Below are positions 58,146 through 64,000 of a stretch of DNA of 64,000 bases, piece after piece. The notes under the pieces were generated by a model. It made no database searches, had not been told where the DNA came from, and was given only the letters and a program-made list of their open reading frames with translations. This DNA is from an uncultured Rickettsiales bacterium. Its GTDB lineage: Bacteria; Pseudomonadota; Alphaproteobacteria; Rickettsiales; UBA1997. Each line of letters starts with the position of its first letter. Position 1 is the first letter of the stretch. Both the position numbers and the translations under genes were made by a program. The stretch is taken from assembly GCA_934747265.1 (NCBI GenBank), contig CAKVGI010000003.1:26515-90514 (forward strand), read 5' to 3'.

Positions 58146-59120
58146 TTGAAAAATAAGACTAATAATATATATCTAGATAAAATTATTTTATGTATTGTGT
58201 CATTATTTACAACTTCAAATATTGATGATAAATTGGATAAATCAGCAAGTAAGATAACTTCTGGTTTGTTTGGTATTTTTGCTGGAAAGAAAATAGACGA
58301 AGAGTTATTAGAAGAGCTTGAAGAATTACTTATATCTAGCGATCTTGGTATTGATATTACAAATAAAGTTATTAGTGAAGTTAGAAGAAATAAATATTCA
58401 AAATCCTCAACCACAGAAGATATTAAAATTGTTTTGTCAAAATATATAAAAGAATTTTTACATAATTCCGAAAGATCATTAAGCATTAATGATAATAGAC
58501 ATCCATATATCTTAATGTTTGTTGGTGTTAACGGTGTTGGTAAAACAACAGTTATAGGAAAAATTGCAAAGAAGTTAAAAGAAGAGGGTAAAAAAGTTCT
58601 AATATCTGCTTGTGATACTTTTAGAGCTGGCGCAGTTGAGCAATTGGAAGTTTGGTGTAAAAATATTGGTGTTGATATAGTAAAAGCTGAAAAAGAAGGT
58701 ATGGATCCATCTTCTGTTGCCTATAAATCACTAGAAAAGGCAAAAAAAGAAAACTATGATGTATTGTTAATTGATACAGCGGGTAGAATGCAAAATAATA
58801 TTAATTTAATGCAAGAATTGCAAAAAATAGAACGAGTTTTAAAAAAACTTGATGAAAAAGGAGCTGATGAGACAATATTAGTTTTAGATGCATCTATTGG
58901 GCAAAATGCAAAGAAACAAGTTGAAATATTTAATAAAATGCTAAATATTTCTGGAATTATAATGAATAAAATGGACGGTACAGCAAAAGGTGGAATTTTG
59001 GTTCCAATAGTTCATGAATTTAAAAAACCTATTTATGCAATTGGTATTGGTGAAGGTGTTGATGATTTACAAGAATTTAATGTTGATAATTATATAAAAA
59101 GTTTATTAAAATTAGATTAA
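58146..59120 (+). CDS. ftsY: Signal recognition particle receptor FtsY
   Basis: NG domain with GVNGVGKTT, DTAGR, TKMDGTAKGG-like (NKMDGTAKGG) and IGIGEGVDDL. The TTG start as called is uncertain. Confidence 0.9.
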   Translation: MKNKTNNIYLDKIILCIVSLFTTSNIDDKLDKSASKITSGLFGIFAGKKIDEELLEELEELLISSDLGIDITNKVISEVRRNKYSKSSTTEDIKIVLSKYIKEFLHNSERSLSINDNRHPYILMFVGVNGVGKTTVIGKIAKKLKEEGKKVLISACDTFRAGAVEQLEVWCKNIGVDIVKAEKEGMDPSSVAYKSLEKAKKENYDVLLIDTAGRMQNNINLMQELQKIERVLKKLDEKGADETILVLDASIGQNAKKQVEIFNKMLNISGIIMNKMDGTAKGGILVPIVHEFKKPIYAIGIGEGVDDLQEFNVDNYIKSLLKLD

Positions 59121-59129
59121 TTTTATTAT

Positions 59130-59588
59130 ATGAAAATTATAGCTCAAAATAAAAAAGCAAGACACGACTATGAAATACTCAACGAGTATGAAGCTGGGCT
59201 ATCTTTGCTTGGTAGTGAGATTAAATCATTGCGAAATGGAAGAGCTAATATTCAAGAGGGATATATTTATATTGATGATAATGGCGATGCTATAATATCA
59301 AATATGAATATTCCGGTATATAATATGACTTCTAAATACTTTAATCATAAGCCAACACGAAATAGAAAGCTTTTATTACACAAAAAAGAGATAAATAAAT
59401 TATCTGGCAGTATAAAAACAAAAGGAACAACAATAATACCATTATCTCTTTATATAAATGATAGAAATAAAGCAAAATTAAAAATTGCAATTGCGAAAGG
59501 TAAAAAACTTTATGATAAAAGACAGGATTTAAAAGAAAGAGATTGGAAGAGAGATAAAGAAAGAATGTTGAAGGAAAATAATAGATAA
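59130..59588 (+). CDS. smpB: SsrA-binding protein SmpB
   Basis: 152 aa with NKKARHDYEI, GSEIKSLR and LLLHKKEI motifs. No tmRNA gene is visible in this window. Confidence 0.93.
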   Translation: MKIIAQNKKARHDYEILNEYEAGLSLLGSEIKSLRNGRANIQEGYIYIDDNGDAIISNMNIPVYNMTSKYFNHKPTRNRKLLLHKKEINKLSGSIKTKGTTIIPLSLYINDRNKAKLKIAIAKGKKLYDKRQDLKERDWKRDKERMLKENNR

Positions 59589-59598
59589 GGAAAATACT

Positions 59599-59919
59599 AT
59601 GACTTTTTTAACACCGAAAGATGAATTAGAAACTTATAATGAACTAAATAAATATTATGAAATAGCTGATAATTTATCTGAAAAAGTATCTGAAAGTGTT
59701 GAATTATCTATTAAGCAAAAGCAAGATATTTTATATCCGATAATAGATGAAATTAAGGAATATGCTAATATAATGATAGAAAATTATATATTTTATTTAA
59801 AAAATAAAGAAGATACAGATAAATTGCTTATAGTAAAAGAAAATATTAATAAAGTTCTAGAAAGAATAGACTTTTTTAAAAATAAAGTTTACGATATTTA
59901 CGATTCAAATAATAAATAG
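59599..59919 (+). CDS. Hypothetical helical protein (106 aa)
   Basis: ORF tightly packed between smpB and the DsbD-like gene, with K/E/N-rich helical character. I recognise no motif. Confidence 0.4.
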   Translation: MTFLTPKDELETYNELNKYYEIADNLSEKVSESVELSIKQKQDILYPIIDEIKEYANIMIENYIFYLKNKEDTDKLLIVKENINKVLERIDFFKNKVYDIYDSNNK

Positions 59920-59922
59920 AAA

Positions 59923-61215
59923 ATGAGTAATATTTTTTTATCTTTTTTTGCTGGATTAACAATAAACCTTATGCCTTGCAATTTCCCGATATTGCTTATT
60001 AAAATCTACGATATAGTAAAATATTCACAAACAAAAAATAATAAAAAAAATATTAAAATTAGTGCTATAGCTTCAAGCCTTGGCATAATTTTTATGTTTT
60101 TTATTTTTTCTTTATTCAGTATATTTTTTAAATATATGGATAAAACATTTAATCTTGGGTTCCATTTTCAAAATACTTATTTTTTAATCTTTACGACTTT
60201 ATTGTTATTTTTATTTTTACTAAATTTGTTGGGCTTTTTTCACTTTGATTATTCTCCAAAATTAATAAATTTTTTTCAAAATAAATATAATATTTCAAGA
60301 AATTTGGATAAAGGAATTTTTGTAGAAAATTTTTTGACAGCAATATTTATGGTTTTATTTGCTACGCCTTGTTCTGTACCGATTATAGGAACAATAGCAA
60401 CATTGTCTATTACAAATAATTATTATATCTTTATAATAATTAATTTCATTATGGTTGGAATTGGAATGGCTTTTCCATTTTTATTAATATTAATATATCC
60501 AAATACGCTAGATTTTCTAAAAAATAAAGAAAATATTTTAAACAAAACAAAATATATTATAACTTTTGTCATATCAATAACAATTATTTGGTTTTTATAT
60601 ATAATTAAAAGTGTAATAGGATATACAGCCTTGTTTTTGCTGATTTTATTTATGATGACTATACTATTACAATTTAAATTGATCAAAAAATTCAGACAAA
60701 ACTTGATTATTATTTCATTAATTTCAGTTTTTGCGATAACAATCCCAGTTTCATTTTTTGAAACAGAAAAAGCTAAACTATATCAAAATACATTATGGAT
60801 TAATAATATAGATTTAGATAAAATTGATAATTATATAAATGAAGGCAAGACAATTTTTGTTAGCATTACAGCAAAATGGTGCATGATATGCAATATAAAT
60901 GAAATTACAACATTATCAAAGTTTAAAGTGTTAAATTATCTAAAAAATGAAAATACAATTTTAGTAAAAATAGATGCAACACATGATAATATTGAAGCTG
61001 ATAAGTTTTATAAAAATAAAAATACAATTTCAGTACCAAAATATATAGTATATAATAAAGAAAACAGAGACGGTTGCAGTTTTACTGGTACCTTAAATAG
61101 CAATAAATTTATAAAAGAGTTAAATAAATGTGGATATTTTAATAATAATGATAATGAAGTTGATGAAGAATTGCATAATCATCTACATCCGTTTCACTTT
61201 TGGCATAAACATTAA
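59923..61215 (+). CDS. DsbD/CcdA-type thiol:disulfide electron-transfer membrane protein with a C-terminal thioredoxin-like domain
   Basis: 430 aa with the two membrane Cys motifs LMPCNFPIL and ATPCSVPIIG, about 8 TM helices and a C-terminal Trx-like CxxC (AKWCMICN). There is no N-terminal periplasmic alpha domain. Confidence 0.7.
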   Translation: MSNIFLSFFAGLTINLMPCNFPILLIKIYDIVKYSQTKNNKKNIKISAIASSLGIIFMFFIFSLFSIFFKYMDKTFNLGFHFQNTYFLIFTTLLLFLFLLNLLGFFHFDYSPKLINFFQNKYNISRNLDKGIFVENFLTAIFMVLFATPCSVPIIGTIATLSITNNYYIFIIINFIMVGIGMAFPFLLILIYPNTLDFLKNKENILNKTKYIITFVISITIIWFLYIIKSVIGYTALFLLILFMMTILLQFKLIKKFRQNLIIISLISVFAITIPVSFFETEKAKLYQNTLWINNIDLDKIDNYINEGKTIFVSITAKWCMICNINEITTLSKFKVLNYLKNENTILVKIDATHDNIEADKFYKNKNTISVPKYIVYNKENRDGCSFTGTLNSNKFIKELNKCGYFNNNDNEVDEELHNHLHPFHFWHKH

Positions 61216-61218
61216 TAT

Positions 61219-62265
61219 TTAAATTATAATAGAATTTTTATATATATTCTGTAAAATTATTTTTTTGATTTCGTTCGTAATTTTAATATTTTTAATATAA
61301 TTATTTAAATCAATAAAAATAATTTTATCATCTTTTATGTTTTTATCAAATGTTATTTGAATAATATTTTTTTCTTTGAAGTCAATATATTTATTTGTTT
61401 CAAAAATAATTTTTTTATCAGTATAATTTTTTGCAATAATATCAATAAAATTGCATTTTTTATTAATATTTTTATTTATATTCTTTATATTCAAAATACC
61501 ATTTTCAATGTGTGTCTCAAACTTTAAAATATCCTCATTATTATTTTGATTTAAATATACAATTTCTCCAATATTATTTAAAACAAAAACATCGCCTAAA
61601 AACCGATGCCCAATTTTTATATCATATGACAAATTGTTCATATAAATAATATTTTTTTTAGTCCATTTTGCGATTTTAGATAATTGTTGTTGTTTTGCCT
61701 TTATATTTTGTTCAAGTTCAGTATCTAAACATAAAATAAAATCTGTATCCCTTTCTTTTATAAATAAAATATTTTTATTTTCGTTGATTTCATCTCCTAT
61801 TAAAATATCAAAATTATCATTTTCATAAGAAATATCATTTAATATTACATCTTTATCAAAATATTTGTATTCATTAAATAAATTATTTTTATTTATATTT
61901 GTTTTATTATGAACATCATTAATATAACTATCGTCTATCAAAATTGCGGAATTATATAATTCAGCATTTTGTATAATTCCATCTTTGGAAATATTTTCTT
62001 CTATTGAATATGGACAGCCAAGCAAGATTCTTGCTCTTTTCTTTTTTGTGTAATCTATAATTTTTTCAACAAAATTATTGCTTTTTTTAATAAAACTTTT
62101 ATCAGATAATTCATTATATATTGGAAATCCAACAATACACATTTCTGGAAATATTAATAAATCGCATCCATCATTCAATGATTTATCATATATCTCTATG
62201 ATTTTATTATAATTATATTCTATATCTCCAATTTTAAATAAAGACCTACCTAAAAATATTTTCAT
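61219..62265 (-). CDS. CN-hydrolase-like protein (resembles the glutaminase domain of NadE), probably non-catalytic
   Basis: 348 aa. The N-terminal part aligns by eye to the nitrilase-superfamily pattern (DLLIFPEMCIVGFP; LYNSAILID). The position expected to read ICxD/E reads LIGDEI, so no Cys is present. No SGGxDS NAD-synthetase motif follows. Confidence 0.4.
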   Translation of the reverse strand: MKIFLGRSLFKIGDIEYNYNKIIEIYDKSLNDGCDLLIFPEMCIVGFPIYNELSDKSFIKKSNNFVEKIIDYTKKKRARILLGCPYSIEENISKDGIIQNAELYNSAILIDDSYINDVHNKTNINKNNLFNEYKYFDKDVILNDISYENDNFDILIGDEINENKNILFIKERDTDFILCLDTELEQNIKAKQQQLSKIAKWTKKNIIYMNNLSYDIKIGHRFLGDVFVLNNIGEIVYLNQNNNEDILKFETHIENGILNIKNINKNINKKCNFIDIIAKNYTDKKIIFETNKYIDFKEKNIIQITFDKNIKDDKIIFIDLNNYIKNIKITNEIKKIILQNIYKNSIII

Positions 62266-62447
62266 ATATTTATTTTATAATTATAAAAAAATAATAATAG
62301 TTATGTTTTTATTTACAAGATATTTTGGTATATAAAAATATCTTATTTGTTTTTTATTAAAAAGTTATATAATAGATAATATTTCTCTTGCTTTATTTTT
62401 TTATATAAATAACTTTTATTATAATATGTTATTGTAATTGTATCAAG

Positions 62448-63524
62448 GTGTTATTTTTAAACAAAGAGAAGTTTTTAGATGGTGGTTCATCGGATAATTT
62501 ATTATCAAAAAGCAATTTATTGTTTTTGATAGCTGTTCTAATTTTAACACTTATAGTGGCACCATCAAATAAATTGGATTGGATTGGCGTTGTGTTTATG
62601 ATGTTTAGTACAATGAGTAATGATTCAATTCAAACTCTCGGCACATTTATTACATCAAACAGTAAAAAATCTTGGATAAAATTATGGTTGTATATTTCTA
62701 TACTATTTTTAACCACGTTAATATTAACTTGGTTTTTTAATGGACATAGGATAGATTTTAATAGATTGCTTTCAATACCATATCAAGACGATAATGACAT
62801 AATGCATTTTGTTCCGCCTATTTTATTATTAATTTTAACTTATTATAAAATACCTGTTAGCTCTACATTTTTAATTCTATCAGTGTTTGCTTCGCAGAGA
62901 GCGATTGGCGCTGTTTTAATAAAGACACTTGGTGGTTATATTGCTGGTTTTATTTTAAGTTATATTTTATGGAGAATATTGCTAAAATTTTGCAAGATTT
63001 TTTTATCAAATGAAGGAAGTATAAAAAGGATGAAAAAATGGAAGAATTTACAATGGATTTCAACTGGAATACTATGGATTGCTTGGTTAACAAATAATAC
63101 TGCAAATGTAGCAGTTTACTTGCCAAGAACATTTTCTATTTATAGTCTTATATTATTTGTATTCATCGGAATAATTTTTATTGGTTTTATTTTTTATAAT
63201 CATGGCGGACCAATTCAGGAAATAGTTAGTAAAAAGAAGGATATGACTAATACTAGATCCACATCAATAATTAATTTATCGTTTGCATTTATTATTTTTG
63301 TTTTTGGGCAAATTAATCATATTCCTATGGCTACGACTTGGGTATTTATTGGAATATTGGCAGGAAGAGAATTGTGCATAGCTCAACTTGAAAACGATGG
63401 TGTATTAACACTTAAAGAAAGGTACAAACATGCAAGAAAATTAATATTTAAAGACTTGATTCTTGCTGGACTTGGCATAGCTATTTCTTTATCATTCACA
63501 ATAATAAATAATAATTATTTTTAA
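62448..63524 (+). CDS. Multi-pass membrane protein, possibly a distant PiT-like transporter
   Basis: 358 aa with about 9-10 TM helices. An internal two-fold pattern is YKIPVSSTFLILSVFAS in the first half and NHIPMATTWVFIGILAG in the second, reminiscent of the PiT PVSTTH...G motif. GTG start as called. Confidence 0.35.
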   Translation: MLFLNKEKFLDGGSSDNLLSKSNLLFLIAVLILTLIVAPSNKLDWIGVVFMMFSTMSNDSIQTLGTFITSNSKKSWIKLWLYISILFLTTLILTWFFNGHRIDFNRLLSIPYQDDNDIMHFVPPILLLILTYYKIPVSSTFLILSVFASQRAIGAVLIKTLGGYIAGFILSYILWRILLKFCKIFLSNEGSIKRMKKWKNLQWISTGILWIAWLTNNTANVAVYLPRTFSIYSLILFVFIGIIFIGFIFYNHGGPIQEIVSKKKDMTNTRSTSIINLSFAFIIFVFGQINHIPMATTWVFIGILAGRELCIAQLENDGVLTLKERYKHARKLIFKDLILAGLGIAISLSFTIINNNYF

Positions 63525-63535
63525 TAGGAGATAAA

Positions 63536-64000
63536 ATGGAAAGCAGTTTTTTTATAATATTTTCATTAATATTCGGCGCTGTTTTTGGTAGTTTTATAAC
63601 TGCTGCAAGTTATCGCTTACCTAAAAATGAAAGTATGCTTACCAGATCACATTGTCCAAAATGCAATCAACCATTAAAAATAAAATCTTTAATACCAATT
63701 TTCTCTTGGTTATTTCAAAAAGGAAAATGTTTGAATTGCCAAGCAAAAATTTCAGTAAGATATCCTATAACAGAGTTAACAACATCATTATTGTTTTTAA
63801 TATCATATTTAAGATTTGGTTTTAACTGGAATACTGTAATTTTTGACTTGATTATAGTGGTATGCTTAATTATGATAATATCAGATCTTGAAACATATAT
63901 TATTCCAGATTTAATGCAAATATCTTTATTAATTTTAAGCTTGATATTTATTTATTATAATAATTTTGATATTTTATATTCAGTAATATCTGCAATAGTA
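63536..64000 (+). CDS. pilD: Prepilin peptidase (A24 family), N-terminal part; continues beyond the window
   Basis: RBS AGGAG lies 5 nt upstream of the ATG. Also present are FGSFITAASYRLP, the zinc motif CPKCNQPL...KCLNCQAKIS and RYPITELTTSLLF. The frame is open to the window edge. Confidence 0.85.
   Translation, partial: MESSFFIIFSLIFGAVFGSFITAASYRLPKNESMLTRSHCPKCNQPLKIKSLIPIFSWLFQKGKCLNCQAKISVRYPITELTTSLLFLISYLRFGFNWNTVIFDLIIVVCLIMIISDLETYIIPDLMQISLLILSLIFIYYNNFDILYSVISAIV

Noticed and set aside
59589-59598. A tmRNA (ssrA) gene next to smpB.
   Set aside because: The intergenic spaces around smpB are about 10 nt each and nothing resembling a tRNA-Ala-like acceptor/T-arm is present, so ssrA must be elsewhere.
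62310-62350. The AT-only hairpin AAGATATTT/AAATATCTT followed by a T-run upstream of the membrane-protein gene, considered as a terminator or attenuator.
   Set aside because: The stem is entirely A/T, no upstream plus-strand gene is there to terminate, and such palindromes are expected by chance at this base composition.

Overview
This is a very AT-rich, gene-dense bacterial chromosome segment read with the standard genetic code. TGA is used as a stop (for example the ATGA overlap at 11875-11878) and Trp is encoded by TGG. I can support about 58 protein genes, one tRNA-Leu(UAG), one SRP (4.5S) RNA that the ORF track misses, several hairpin terminators and two sets of regulatory-looking repeats. 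I saw no rRNA, CRISPR, transposase, integrase or prophage. By inference, the gene content looks like a reduced, host-associated alphaproteobacterium of Rickettsiales/Holosporales type: alpha-type AddA, SecB, a DUF1058-type SH3 protein, mraZ-rsmH-ftsL, an orphan virB8-virB9 pair, and RNase E with an acidic insertion. Most of the window is housekeeping: galE, ridA, tpiA, tyrS, uvrA, mreBC, rnhB, addA, mfd, lon, cysK, trmB, gltX, rne, tig, secB, lnt, murE, rnj, der, miaA, ftsY and smpB. The most interesting locus is 48.8-56.7 kb. It holds a 7.4-kb gene for a 2453-aa cysteine-rich protein with a signal peptide. Its C-terminal ~900 residues show repeated CCP/Sushi-like cysteine/tryptophan spacing, and it contains one DxNGDGxxDxxD calcium-loop motif. 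A co-oriented 69-aa basic protein lies just upstream, and a divergent 18-codon Cys-Gly mini-ORF with its own RBS and terminator lies beyond that. Other items worth a second look: (1) a stand-alone gene for only the C-terminal two thirds of alanyl-tRNA synthetase; (2) tandem HD-domain paralogs sharing a 397-bp tract with a single mismatch; (3) 10-bp-phased TTATGG repeats upstream of mraZ and GC-rich 25-bp tandem repeats between mraZ and rsmH; (4) scattered type IV secretion and pseudopilus/competence parts; (5) an Mfd lacking its UvrA-recruiting N-terminus; (6) a hydrophobic reading frame with no canonical start codon; (7) a catalytically degenerate NadE-like CN-hydrolase remnant. All functional calls rest on motif recognition by eye. 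No database search or computation was run.
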